Assembly (NCBI GenBank): GCA_951406725.2
Contig: OX597815.1
Coordinates: 77,624,001-77,688,000 of the forward strand
DNA length: 64,000 nucleotides
DNA from: Octopus vulgaris
Taxonomy: Eukaryota
Direction: 5' to 3'
The notes beneath the pieces were generated by a model, which was given only the letters and a program-made list of their open reading frames with translations, was not told the DNA's origin and searched no databases. Shown here piece by piece: positions 37,946-50,735 of the stretch; position 1 is the first letter of the stretch, and each line of letters begins with the position of its first letter. The position numbers and the translations under genes were made by a program.

Positions 37946-38157
37946 CATATGTATGTGTGTGTATATGTTTGTGTGTCTGTGTTTGTCCTCCCACCATCGC
38001 TTTATGCACCCATAACTTAGCAGTTTGGCAAAAGAGACTGATAGAATAAGTACTAGGCTTACAAAGAATAAGTCCTGGGGTCGATTTGGTCAACTAAAGC
38101 TGGTGTTCCTGCATGGCCACAGTCAAATGACTGAAACAACTAAAAGAATAAAAGAAT
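37740..38157 (+). mobile_element. tRNA-headed SINE with internal (TA)n(TG)n
   Basis: GGTTCAGTCCC B-box-like element, GATAGAATAAGTACTAGGCTTACAAAGAATAAGTCCTGGGGTCGAT body, AAAGAAT tail. Paralogs at 50152-50505 and 50541-50930. Confidence 0.85.
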
Positions 38158-38168
38158 ATATATATATA

Positions 38169-38990
38169 TTAGGTTGTCAAGTATGAAATTTGTAGAAAGG
38201 AAAAAAAGTTTGCGAATGTTTTATAAATACAATGAATAGTTTTATTCATCAAAGTATGCATCCATATTGTCAATACACTTTTGCCATTTCAGTGGTAGCT
38301 TATCCAGCCCGGAACTGTAAAAGCCTGGCAACCTAGAGTCAATAAAATCTTGGAAGGCCTGTTTTACAACATCATTGGAATTCAATTTTTTTCCTATCGA
38401 AAAGTTATCCAAATTCTGGAAGAAGTGGTAGTCAGTGGGGGCAAGATCAGATGAATATGGTGGATGATGGAGAACTTCCAACTCCAACTCCTGTAGTTTT
38501 GCCAATGTCATTTTTGCGATGTGTGGTTTGGCGTTGTCTTGCAATAAAATAGAAGTGAATCTGTTGACTAGCCTAGGCCGTTTTTTTTGTAAGTTTCTGC
38601 ATCATTTGGTTCAGTTGGATGCAGTATACTTCGACCGTGATGGATCACACCTGCGCCAGACCACCAAACACACACCATCAACTTCTTTTGATGAATTTTG
38701 CTTTTTGGACTGTGTTTTGGTGGCTTGTCTTTGTCCAAACATTATGCAGAACGTTTACGGTTGTTGTATTGGATCCATTTTTCATCACATTACAATTCAA
38801 TTAAAAAATTATTCATTTTTGTGATGATAAAGCAGCATAATGCTGATTCTGATTTTCATTGAGTTCATGTGGAACCCACTTATCCAACTTTTTTCCATTA
38901 CCGATTTGAACTAGGTGAGTCAATATTGCTTGCTGGTAACACCAAACAACAATGATAATTTATGGGCACTTTGAGATGGATCTGACTTGA
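38169..38990 (-). mobile_element. mariner (DD34D) transposon, 3' portion
   Basis: QDNAKPH...HPPYSSDLAPTDYHFF...KWQKCIDNMDAYFDE (38242-38544). TIR begins TA|TTAGGTTG. Confidence 0.9.
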
Positions 38991-39159
38991 CGAGATTATG
39001 ATTCTGAAATTTTTTTCAGAATCATAATCTCTGTATTTTTACGCATATTTTGAAAAAAAAAAAATTGTGAAAAAAAGTTAAAAGTGAAGGAAATGGGGTT
39101 GGGAGTGAGGGTGGAAATGTAGAAATGTCGATTTTTGCCAATTTTTTTGCAGATTCGTT

Positions 39160-39897
39160 GGAGCTTTGCCTTTTGACCAACAGATTTAAAAAAAAATTTT
39201 TGGTAACTAAACACTTTCAAACTTCGTATACTTCACATAAAACATCTTTTACTCTTGGCGTTGTTGAGAAAATTCTGTATTTTGGAAGTTATTTCTTGTT
39301 AAAGTTGTCGTATTTCGGTAATTTCAACCAATGACGTGTATTCAGCTGAATAAAATTACTGCCGTTGTTTGTCAACAACAACTATCAGTGGTGTATATTT
39401 CGATTGTCACTGTTATTTATGACATCGTTCGTGCATTTGTACTGCTGGTAGCTTTAAGGTTTTAGGGTTAGGGTTAGAGTTAAGGTTTTGGTTGGGGTTT
39501 TAAGGTTAGAGTTACGGAAAAAAATTTAAAATGAAGCACAAACGATTATGGTGGTGCCATGAAGTAAACATGCTTCAGATACACTCGTTTATTCATACAA
39601 AAGTAACTGAGATTAAATATGTGATAAATAACAGTGACAAACAAAATATACACTGCCAGAAGTTGTTGTTGGCAAACAACAGCATTAATTTTATTCAGCT
39701 GAATACATGTCATTGATTTGTTGAAATTACCGAAATACGACAACTTTAACAAGAAATAACTTCCAAAATACAGAATTTTCTCAACAACGCCAAGAGTAAA
39801 AGATGTTTTATGTGACACATTCTACCAGTATACGAAGTTTGAAAGTGTTATTTACAAAAAATTATTTTTTAAATTGTCGGTCGTATTCCCCATAGCC
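39160..39897. mobile_element. foldback non-autonomous element (~250-bp inverted arms) with internal TTAGGG-like repeats; Merlin-MITE related
   Basis: 39175-39425 is the reverse complement of 39618-39882. TTAGGGTTAGGGTTAGAG at about 39461-39480. Arms are homologous to the right end of 49288-49703. Confidence 0.8.
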
Positions 39898-40470
39898 AAA
39901 AAGTGGGGTTTGTGTAAAAAAAAAAAAAAAATTAAGGATGGGTTTGGGGGGGGTGCGGGGGACAGGCGAGAGTCTCACCGAAATTGTTTCTTTCATCAGA
40001 GATTGAAACTGTCTTGGTCAGACTAGGTTTTCTGAAACTCCTCTGGCACAGTCATGCCTTTGGATGTCAGAAGTGAAAGTAGAAAAATCTGACGTCAGAC
40101 GTCAACTTCGTGTATTTACGTCGTCATGTTTAAACTTTCGTTTATGTACGTACCACCACGCTTTAATTTACGCCGTTTATTTACGTACCACCACGCTAGG
40201 TTTATAAAAGCTTGAAGTTAATGTTAAAAATAAATGTGATACTTATTCTGTTTAAACTTTATAAATAAATATATTCTTGCATTATTCATTATTGTTTTTA
40301 AAAAAGAAATCACACCAAATCTGCACAAATGAACCCCCATGACCATCACCGCGATTACATACACCAATCAGAATGACCACTGACCACCACGTGCGTAATT
40401 CAAACTTTGAAATTTATTCAGTTAGAAAATCTTTCAGTGTGATATCAACACGTGCGAAACAATTTTCAAT

Positions 40471-41416
40471 ATGGCTTTTGCATATCCAAGTTTAAGAGGA
40501 ATTAGTCACCGCGATATTACCATGGCCACGGCTACAACAGCATTTAGCATTAATTGGCTTAAGAGACATGGCCTTTTGAATACCCAGAAAATATGTATAT
40601 CGTGTGGAGGTAGCATGAGTGAAATAGCGAAAAAATGTATATCGGATGAAGTAATATGGTCGTGTGGAAGGCCTTGTGGAAAATCCGTGTCAATTAGAAA
40701 AGGAACATTTTTAGAAAATAGCAAATTGAAGTGTCAACAAATCATAGATATATTATATTACTGGGCCAAAGAAGATTTAGCAAAAGGAATAGGACAGGAA
40801 TGTCATTTAGCAAATGTAGCCGTGACAGATTGGAGGAATTTTTGCCGCGATATATGTGCAGAATATTATGTTGCACAGAATATTAAGCTGGGAGGACCCA
40901 ACAGACTCGTAGAGATAGACGAAAGCGCGTTTGTTAGAAGAAAATATAATGTTGGCCATCGGGTTAAAACGCAGTGGGTGTTTGGTGCTTTAGAAAGAGA
41001 TACCAGAAGATGTATTTTAGTGGCAGTGGAAGATCAGACAGCGGACACTCTTTTACAAATTATACGAGAGCGTATATTGCCTGGTACAACCATAATTTCC
41101 GACCTTTGGCGTTCGTTATAATACACTCAGCCAGCTAGGATACAGACATTTGACCGTGAATCATTCAATAAATTTTGTTGATCCGGTAACATTTGCCACA
41201 ACCAACCACATAGAATGTTTATGGAAACACGTAAAGAATCGAAATAGAATAGAATGTGGAACAGCCAGAAATTTACTTCAGACCCATCTCATCGAATTCA
41301 TGTGACGCTATGAATTTAAGGACGATATATTCGGAAAGTTGATAGAGCAAATTCGACAGCTATATCCATGTTTGAGATATAGAGAGTATAAGTATCAAGA
41401 CAGTATAATCTCTTGA
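40471..41416 (+). pseudogene. Merlin (IS1016/IS1595-like, ISXO2 DDE) transposase with one frameshift and one stop
   Basis: CxxC zinc ribbon, SIRKGTFLE, LGGP...VEIDES...RKYNVG...WVFG, IISDLW. After a +1 T at about 41117 it continues YNTLSQLGYRHLTVNHSINFVDP...TNHIECLW. TGA at 41303, final stop 41414-41416. Confidence 0.92.
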
Positions 41417-42303
41417 GATGTAGTAGAAATTGAATCTCCAAGTAAAACTCGTGTGAATGTACTTTTATTTGAAGCTTTTCATATTTTTGTTTTTGAAAAT
41501 TCAAGGTATGCACAAGTTTGTGGCTGAGTGTAAGTATAAGAGTGTATCAAACTTGCGAATCCGTTCCGATAAACGCGCGTCAAGGTACACGTACATGAAC
41601 CAATGTAGATGTACTCAACATGCTAACGGAAATAGTAGCCAAAATTCCCCTCTAAATCACACCTTACTGACTTATAAAGGAAAGGTCATACTGGATAACG
41701 TAGTTTTACCTAATGCTTATAAGAAACATGCAATGGTGAAAGCTGGAATATTCTGATCACAGACCTACTTGAGCAGGACTGAACCGAGATACTAACACAT
41801 ACACGCATGCACATACACACACACACATTACTCAATTCACTCTAATCCCAACGTTGATTCTCCTTTCGTACACAATAGTTTGTATATAATTTATCCTTGC
41901 GTCTTTTCTTTTGTCATTCTGCCATATACACTGACACTTCTGCACAAATCGTGTACGAACACACACACATATAGGTACATACACACATATAAAATTTACA
42001 AATACGCATACACGCGTGCACAATATCTAATATTCATTCAATCTGCACCCTCGTGTATATATTTATACTTTTATTACAATGTATGCACAGGAATACCTAT
42101 GCACATATTTCCATGAATACACATTCACATATTTTTAATTGCTAAGTCAGGAAGGAACCTTCAAGGCTCATGACCATTTTCAGATACTTCGCAACAAATT
42201 GGAGGGTGGAAGGTATCCTCAGAGACCTGGCTGAAATGTTTGTAACTGAACTACTGCGCTAAAGACACCGAAGGGCCAGGTGTTGTTAAGCTATAGACGA
42301 GAT

Positions 42304-42341
<38 letters not shown>

Positions 42342-42560
42342 TGACGGAACGCCAACTTCAAAAGAACTTCCCTGATCCAATCGCGTTCTATCTGTCTCGC
42401 TTTTACGCCGACTTGAAAAGATACCCTTCCCCCCACTCCACATATATAAAAAAATAAAAAATTTTACGGAAAGTGAAGATCTTCAAATATAAACAAAAGC
42501 ACGTGCTCCATTTTGACGTAAACGGTACTCATACCGAAAGTATGCCATATATATATACAT

Positions 42561-42591
<31 letters not shown>

Positions 42592-44021
42592 ATCATTATA
42601 ATAGACATATACATATAGACACAAGTATGTATAAACATACTAATATATTTATAGAGAACGGCTGTAAATGTTTATGTTTGTTATTTAAGAGGCAATTAAC
42701 CAAGGAACTTTACGGATGCTTATTACGTCTTTTAGTTCATTCTAAATAAGTGAAAACTCTGTTAAAAAGAACTGTCCCGTCATAATTATGAAATAAATTC
42801 ATAACTGGAGATTTTGCTTTTTGTGTATATTTTTATATATATACATTTCTTTAGAAATATTCAAAAATAAACCGAGAGAAAGAAACCGTACTTAAACGAA
42901 AAATACAAAAATAACCCAAGTTCTTTCTATAAGCAGCAACAAATTTATGTATTACTATGCGTACTATAATGCTATAAAGATAAACAAACAAAACATGTAC
43001 TTTTAAGCTGTTTAGCTCCACGCCAGTCCTCGATTAACCATTAAACGAAATATGCTTGAGTTTAGGGCACCAAGGAAGGCTATGTGCTAAAGATTCTTCC
43101 AGTGCCAGATTTACCATGCTGTAAATTGTATTTTTTAATGAATTATAAATTTCGAAAATTTGCAGTTTTTCTGTTGTTCTAGTTTATTTTCTATTTGTGT
43201 TAAATACATAAAATTTTAACAACTCAAATACAATTAAAATAGGTTATATTGTGGGCTTTGAACTTGGGAGTGACTTGAAAGAAATCTGAAATTTTCAACA
43301 GTTATTTCACACTTAACAGGAAGATCAAAGGAACAATTCTTTGACCGCGTTTAGGGCAACAGTTGGTTTTAATCTGATCTAGGGTTTAACTAAACAGACA
43401 TTCCAGGTCCATAAACATTCTGCCGTTTTCTTCGATATAATGCAATATCCAATGTGCTCTGCCTTTCTAAAACCGTAGTTTTATTTGAAGAAGATTTTCG
43501 ATGGGTCGAGCGGCCATGCAAGAGCTTGACTTTTATCAGCTAGGGTATATTTTTGTGTCAGTGTACTGTTTGTATATATATTTGAAACATTAATATAAAT
43601 CTCAGAAGTGTTAATTATATACATATATATGTGTGTATGTGCGCGCGCTGGTGATTTGCAAAGTACTCATCGAGTCCTGTGTGGTTTTGTATATGTTAAG
43701 CCCCAAATTAGCTCTCACTGGCGCAGTCGACTTATGAACTAGCCAATCCAGTCATGACACCCCCTCTCACCGTCTTTTTTTTGGTATACAAGATCGCATC
43801 AACAATTTTTTTTATGAAGGCGTGCAGTTTCATGGAGATTTGGCTGCTATTTCTTGCACGCCGAGCAACCTTGTGTATGAATGGAAACCTCGGAAGTTGT
43901 TATAGACTTTTATGTGCGTGTGTTTATTAATTTTGCAGGCTTCAGTATGCATACAACTCAATAGATTTCTGTGCCTGTATTTATGTTTGTGTGTTCCATT
44001 TGTGTATTTTACTTATTACAG

Positions 44022-44108
44022 AACAAAATCTGTGACGTTTGAAAGAGCTGCTGACAACGAAATTTTTGTTACCATTAGCGGCTTGCCTAACCGAAGCGTC
44101 AGGTGTAC
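44022..44108 (+). CDS. candidate internal coding exon (TKSVTFERAADNEIFVTISGLPNRSVRCT), product unknown
   Basis: Acceptor TTTTACTTATTACAG, donor AC|GTGAGG (or AG|GTGTAC after 44102). 87 nt, phase 2-2, one open frame, non-repetitive sequence. Confidence 0.4.
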
Positions 44109-44120
44109 GTGAGGGTACTT

Positions 44121-45465
44121 GGCTCTGTTGGCATTCCTACAGATGTGTACCTTAGCCTCATCATCGTGCACAGTAATGCTTTGAGCGTGTTGGCTTACTT
44201 CTAGAATAAATTCCATTGAACTACGATTGATGTAGTTGGTGTTGAATTGATGTTTTTCTTCCTTTTTTTCTTTCTTCGCTCATGGTTATATTTTCGGATT
44301 TATATTTTAATGTGGAATATTTATGTAAAGTATGCGGTAACAATAAATTCATGAAACTGAAAAAGAATAAATAAATAAAAACAACAGGAGAATGCAATTT
44401 ACAAAAGCGTAATATGCTTTAGTAAAATTAGTCAAAAACAAAGAAGAAATACATACTCGTTGTTTGTGTTGTCTATGTGAATGGGTTTTCGCCCACCAAC
44501 ACTATAATTATGTATGTCGTGTGTTTATGCATGTTAGAATGCTTATTGTGAGGTCATATAAGTTCATGTGTTTCTGCGGTTGCTTTAGTTTTCTGCAAGT
44601 TTGTGTAGTTGAAAGCTGTACATGAGGTCTGCATTTGTTATATGTAAATGAAACTAAGTCGAGGGAATACCTTCAAGAAATATTTCAAATTGTGAATTAA
44701 ATAATTTTCTACGTAGGTCCTCGAAGAAGAATGAAATAAATTACATTTGCATGCAGTGGATAACAGCCAGCATTCCTACAGCTGTGTACCCCACCGACTT
44801 TGTTTCCTCATAACTTCTAGAAAATTTGATATTTTTTAATAAAATTTCCCACAAATATGCTTCAGATAATGTTAATTCTCATTATATCGTTTCCGAGAGT
44901 GAGGTGAAGAGTTGTGGGAAGTTTATACGAGACGGCTTTCTTTACACATAACTTTCAGAAAAATGGGTAACTTTTTTATAAAAATTTTCTATAAATACCT
45001 TCCAGAATGTTTTGATTACAAATATATAGGAATTTAATATGAAAAAACAAAGTTGGCGGACTCGTGTACATACATACTGACACACGTCACATATATCTAG
45101 AAAATGAAACTTGAAATTTCAAAACAAATTGTAATGCGTGTCAGTATGTGTATGTGCTATTTTACTTGTCACATGAAATTGCGATATAATCGTAATTTAC
45201 ACACTCTGAAAAGTCTCTCTAGAAAATTTCATAAAAAATTATCCATTTTTCTGTAAGTTATGAGGAAAGAAAGCCGTTTCGTGAATTTTCCTAAACTCCT
45301 CACCTCATCCTCGGAAACATGTTTTTACAATAAATTCCTATATAATGAGAATCTACACCATCTGAAGCATATTTGTAGAAAATTTAATTAAAAATACTCA
45401 TTTTCCAGAAGTTATGAGGAAACAAAGTCAGCGGGGTACATATCTGTAGGAATGCCAACAGAGCC
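44121..45465. mobile_element. non-autonomous TIR element with 31-bp TIRs and an internal long foldback
   Basis: GGCTCTGTTGGCATTCCTACAGATGTGTACC (44121-44151) versus 45435-45465, 1 mismatch. Internal inverted arms about 44770-45090 / 45130-45455. Confidence 0.8.
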
Positions 45466-46079
45466 TACATAGAGCCTTAAGTATTGGCAAAGCCGATATC
45501 TACAGAGCAATAATGAGATTTCAAGTTCGATCCCTCTGCATACCACCGTGGGCAAATGTCTTTCACTTTAGTTGCACGTCGATCCAAGTCTTTGTGAGTG
45601 GAATTGGGCCAACATAAACTGTTCGAAAGCTCGTCAGATGGACTGTAGCCGTAATCCAAAGGTTCATTTTTATCAAACTGTTGCATTGATTCTACCCGAG
45701 AATTTGAGAATTAGGTTGACACTGCACATGTCTGTGCAATACATAACCACTTATATGTTAGTTCAATAGATATATAACTCAGTCTTTTGAACAATTGTAC
45801 GCGCGCGCAGGCACACACTCACACACAAAACAAATGAAAAACAAGTAAAGCAAAACGAAATCAGGGAAGTACATAGTACAAAGGAATAAGGCGTTAGTTT
45901 AACGCATAAAGGGAACGAATAAGCGTATCTCTGACGTTTCGGACATTTGTCGTTCTTCTGAAAGAAGGGGAAATGAGTGGTAAACACATAGAATAAAACA
46001 CATTCATACATACACACATATCGTAGTCCTAGACGCAGTTCCTCTTGTTCTGCATGAAACATCGCGTGGTGAGAGATCT

Positions 46080-46930
46080 CCACCCAGTACTATCGCAAGC
46101 CCTATCATGAACCTACTCCCAGACTAGCTCCATATCTGCAAGGCCCTGCATCTTTGCCTACACTTTTCTCGTTTCCACTGGAGAGAGGATCTAACTGATC
46201 TCTTCATGAACATACGTAGCACGTAGCCGAACACATTCCGCCGTCTCAAAGTTAGAATTATTCTGTAGGTTAGGTAGCTCACCCTTTTCCACAACTTTTT
46301 CATTCACGATTTAGTCAAGTCAAATCTTTAGTACGTTATTAAGGCAACATCTGTGGAAGACAGCTTAAGTTTTCTACTGGTATTCTTACAAGTCTCGGAA
46401 GTATAAATCGGCGTCGATTTGCCAATGGATGTATTCAGGTGGAATATGGTGCTTTGGTTGATGGAATAATTGGCGCATACGGGCGCCAGGTACTGGAAGA
46501 CAAGCAGCGGCTTTGCTGAGTCCCTTCACATCACTTTCCAAAATTCTATCTTTGGTAATGTTACTGCCCAGATTCTTGAACAAATCGACGATTTCCAGCA
46601 CCTGGCCTTCGCTGCAGTGCATCAATTTCGTCTTTTCGTTGCTAATTTGAAGACCAGCATTTGAGCTCCTGTTACTGAGACTAGTTATTATGTCTAGCAG
46701 AATTACTGTAGGCGTGGTTCTGAGGAATTTCACATCATCGGTGAAGTCGAGGTCTACGAGTCATCCCTGTTCCATTTGATGTCGTATGCTGATTCTTCTT
46801 TCTTTAGACTTCCTCATTATCAAATTCACCACCAGCAGGAACAAAGAAAGAAAATGGGCAGTAGATATCCTTAACACACATGTCTCTGCGTATTATCATT
46901 TTTGGTTCTGACATAGCAATGTATCTTTTG
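46080..46930 (-). mobile_element. degraded RTE-like LINE fragment
   Basis: Minus strand DLDFTDDVKFL, AGLQISNEKTKLM, FKNLGSNIT, MFGYVLRM. Confidence 0.75.
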
Positions 46931-46986
46931 GCAAAGTGATTGCATAATGTTTATACAGCAGATAGGGACTCCATACAACACGACTA

Positions 46987-48700
46987 TCTATATATATAAA
47001 ATCCTGTGTGTGTGTGTGTGTTTCCTCTATGCACGGCCAAACCGCTGGATCAATCTGTACCAAATTTGGCATGAAGGTGTTTCATTAATCAGGGATGGTT
47101 CTGGGTGTGTGTGTGTCAAATTTTGGCCCTTGCTCATACAGGGGGCCGTAGCCCCCTATACGACCTGTTTCTTTTTACAGCGGTATAATACGAAATTTGA
47201 CTTGAAGGTTTTTCATTACTCGGGGAAGGTTGGGTGGGTGGGGTCAAATTTTGGCCCTTGCCCATATAGGGAGGCTGTCGCCCCCACCTCTACATATGAC
47301 CCTTCCGAATTTTTTTTTTGCAGCGGTATAGTTTCACTTTTATTGTCTCACTTTTCTTTCACTAATTGTTTCACTTTCATTCTTACTCTGTGTGTGTGTG
47401 TGTGTGTGTTGTGTGTGTGCGCGTGTGTGTGTGTGAGTGTGTGTATGTGTGCGCGTGTGTGTGTGCGTGTTTCCTCTATGCACGGCCAAACAGCTGGATC
47501 AATCAGAACCAAATTTGGATGTCTGAAATTATGACAGTTTTGTATTTTCGCTTTAAAGGTAAACAATTCTGAAATGCTTTTTAATTGTGATAATGAAACA
47601 AGAGGTTTAAAGAAAAAGAAACAGTAAGGTTTCTAAATAACAAAAGGCCTTCATACGGACACACTGTTATTTATACACTGTAGGATATCTTTCAATTTAT
47701 ACGATAAACTTTATAAATTTTGAAGTTCAATATTCCCGTGGCATAATTTATTGATATCGACATGATTTATTCAAATAATTGTTCGTGGAATGGACCTAAT
47801 AAAATTAGTTAGAGTACACTCGATATTTCATATTTAAATCTGATGTGACTATTTCTACAAGGTACTACCTCAATTCGAAATCGAATCTACAATTTTCCCC
47901 TAGCCATATGGGATATTGTTCTGCACAGCCAAACCGCCGGATCAATCTGTACCAAATTTGGCATGAAGGTTTTCCATTACACGGGGAATGTTCGGCGGGG
48001 TGGGGGGTCACTAAATTTTTTTCTCCCTTTTTTTCAAAACCAGAAATATGTTTTACATACCTGTCGTATACGTTGGTTTTGGTTTTTGCTTTGAAGCTAA
48101 ACGATTCTGTTAGAAGAAATCACGATATTGAATACTTCTCCGTCATACGTCTACGACCACCACCTCTTTTTTTTTTTTGTTTTAAGTAAAGATAAACGCT
48201 TTTTAATTGTGATAATGAAACAAGGGGTTTAGTCCTTACCACCGAAATTCATTTCTCTTGGGAAATATAAGGGGGATGATGTTTTCATTTCACGGATTCC
48301 ATTAATCCCATCTGACCTCCCCTATGAATTTAAACAGCTCCAGTTCCCAGTGAAACTAAGTTTTTCTATATCCATAAACAAATCCCAAGCACAATCTCTC
48401 AATGTTGTTGGACTTAAACTTGCTTCTCTCATGGGCAATTGTATGTAGGATGTTCGCGAGCTGGAAGTCCCAAAACTCTTTCTCTTTGCACACCAATTAA
48501 AGGACACACTGAAAACATCGTATATTTAGAAATTCTACAAAATTAAACTATGATTGATTTCGGGATTTGTTTTAATAACTTTGTTTATACTCACGTCATC
48601 TGATAGAATTTTTCTGAAAATATCTTTTTTTATCAGAATAAATATATTTATTTCCTTTAGCATTCTTTAAACTTCCGATAACGCCGGGTACTTAAGATAG
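46987..48700 (+). mobile_element. non-autonomous Helitron-like element with internal repeated module
   Basis: 5' TCTATATATATAAAA + (TG)n. Module ..GCACGGCCAAAC.GCTGGATCAATC..ACCAAATTTGG three times (about 47022, 47470, 47920). 3' end AACGCCGGGTACTTAAGATAG. Confidence 0.7.
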
Positions 48701-49287
48701 CCTCCTATAGAGCTTCCTTGCGCAAGCTGCTAAGGGGCTTCTTGGCATCGATGAAACTGTCCACAAACGGCTGCTGGGACTCACAAAAGCTCAATGATGT
48801 TTCATAACGTGATTATTTCACAGATCACCATCCGTTTGTGAACCTCACTTATTCTTCGCGTAAATGTTTATCGAGCGCCTCTTTTAAGGTAAAGGGGACA
48901 CTGCAGAATATTTTATATTTATGTCTTGCTTTGGATTTTCAATTTACTGGACGAATTATAGGAAGGTCGTCGCAACATACAGTGTGTGTTGGGTATTTAA
49001 AATTCAGGTCGAGTGGTCAAATCCAGGTCTAAATTTTTTTTAACAGAAAGAGTAACAGAAACAGAAGAATCGACCCAAGTACATAACTGGTACTTTATCG
49101 ATCGACTCGACTCCGAAAAGAAGAACAGCAAAATAGACCCCAACAGTATTTGAACTCAGAGCATAGAGAGCCAGAACAGTTACCGATTAGCGCGCGCACA
49201 CACACACACTTATACATAAGGCAGACCAATTGACAGATCTTGTAAGAGCTTCAGATACACAACTTTAAGGTAATTGTTCCAGCTCTC

Positions 49288-49703
49288 GGATCTTTTCGGT
49301 TTGAACGGCAGTTTTTTCTAGCGGTGTCATATGAAATTGTCACCCATAATTATGACCCTAGTATCGATCTATTGCATTTCAATCTGTTTTAGGGTTAGGG
49401 TTAGGGGTGGAGGGAAGGGTATCTTTTTTCTTCACAAATGTAAATAAACCCAATCTGTTTCTTAAACGAGGGACATATTCATACGGCACAGAATGTTTTT
49501 TAACTCAATAGACGTCAGTGATTGGTTGAAATTGCAGAAACTGAAGAAAAAAACAACAAATATCTTAGAAACTATAGAATTTACTCAATAAAGCCAAGAG
49601 AAAAAGATGTTTTATAAACACATTCTACCAGTATACGAAGTTTAAAAGTGTTTAGTTATGTGGAAATTATTTTAAAAAACTGCCGGTCAAACCGAAAAGA
49701 TCC
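49288..49703. mobile_element. Merlin-type MITE with 30-bp TIRs, 8-bp TSD and internal TTAGGG repeats
   Basis: TIR GGATCTTTTCGGTTTGAACGGCAGTTTTTT / AAAAAACTGCCGGTCAAACCGAAAAGATCC. TSD CAGCTCTC at 49280-49287 and 49704-49711. (TTAGGG)3 at about 49389-49406. Confidence 0.88.
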
Positions 49704-49842
49704 CAGCTCTCTGCACCCAGACGTCAACTTTACGATTCATCCTCTCCGGGTTGATAAATAAAGTATCAGTCTTATAGTAAGGTAGTCTCTTCCCTTTCGC
49801 TCATTCTTTATTCTCTCCCCACCTCGTCTCTCTTTCTCAAAG

Positions 49843-49960
49843 AAGTCGACAGTGGTCGATCAAGGAGAAGGGTGGATTCCGCCGGATTTACAAATACCCA
49901 AGACACGTCGTAAATCACGACGGCGTCCCTATGATTCCACTAAGAAGTTGAAGGCCCAAG
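49843..49960 (+). CDS. candidate exon (118 nt), product unknown
   Basis: ~55-nt polypyrimidine tract ending CAAAG and a strong donor AAG|GTAAGG. Frame 0 reads KSTVVDQGEGWIPPDLQIPKTRRKSRRRPYDSTKKLKAQ (open); the phase-2 frame reads SRQWSIKEKGGFRRIYKYPRHVVNHDGVPMIPLRS*. Confidence 0.55.
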
Positions 49961-50151
49961 GTAAGGCTTTATATATATATATGCAAGGGATGAATGTTTT
50001 AGGTAGTTTACATGTAATAAATGTAAGGGATAGTGACTAAAAGATAGTAATTTTATTTAGTATCATCGAAGTTTCGTTAAATGTGTAATTACACGTGTGT
50101 GTATATGCATGCATATATGCATAGCTTTAATAAAAAAAAGTGTATATATAT

Positions 50152-50505
50152 ATTCTCTTTCATACTTTTACTTGTTTCAGGCATTTGACTGCGGCCATGC
50201 TGGAGCACCGCCTTTAGTCAAAGAAATCGACCCCAGGACGTATTCTTTGTAAGTCTAGTACTTATTCTATCGGATTTTTTTACCGAACCGCTAAGTTACG
50301 GACCTAAACACACCAGCATCAGTTGTCAAACGACGTTAGGAGGCAAACACATATACACAAACATATACATATATACGACGGGCTTCTTTCAGTTTCCGTC
50401 TACCAAATCCACTCACAAGGCTTTGGTCGGCCCGGAGCTATAGTAGAAGCCACTTGCCCAAGGTGCCACGCAGTGGGACTGAACCCAGAATCATATGGTT
50501 GGTTG
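50152..50505 (-). mobile_element. tRNA-headed SINE (inverted partner of 50541-50930)
   Basis: Reverse complement of the 37740-38157 family. Confidence 0.85.
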
Positions 50506-50540
50506 GTATATATATAGAACAGAAATAACGATTTATATAT

Positions 50541-50698
50541 AGGCGCAGTAGTAACTGTATGGTAAGAAGCTTGCTTCCCAACCACTTGGTTCCAGGTTCA
50601 GTCCCACTGCATGGCAGCTTGAGCAACTGTCTTCTGCTATAGCCTCGACCCAACCAAAACCTTGTGAGTAGATTTAGCAGATGGAAGCTGATAGAAGC

Positions 50699-50735
<37 letters not shown>

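Noticed and set aside
39455-39515. True telomere or chromosome fusion site
   Set aside because: Only a few degenerate units, internal to a TIR element; no head-to-head arrays.
40471-41416. Bacterial IS1595 contamination or recent horizontal transfer
   Set aside because: Eukaryotic Merlin elements are the expected IS1016/IS1595 relatives, and the flanks are typical host repeats.
47022-47970. Three spaced direct repeats suggesting a CRISPR-like array
   Set aside because: Eukaryotic context, ~450-bp spacing, no cas genes; these are Helitron internal modules.
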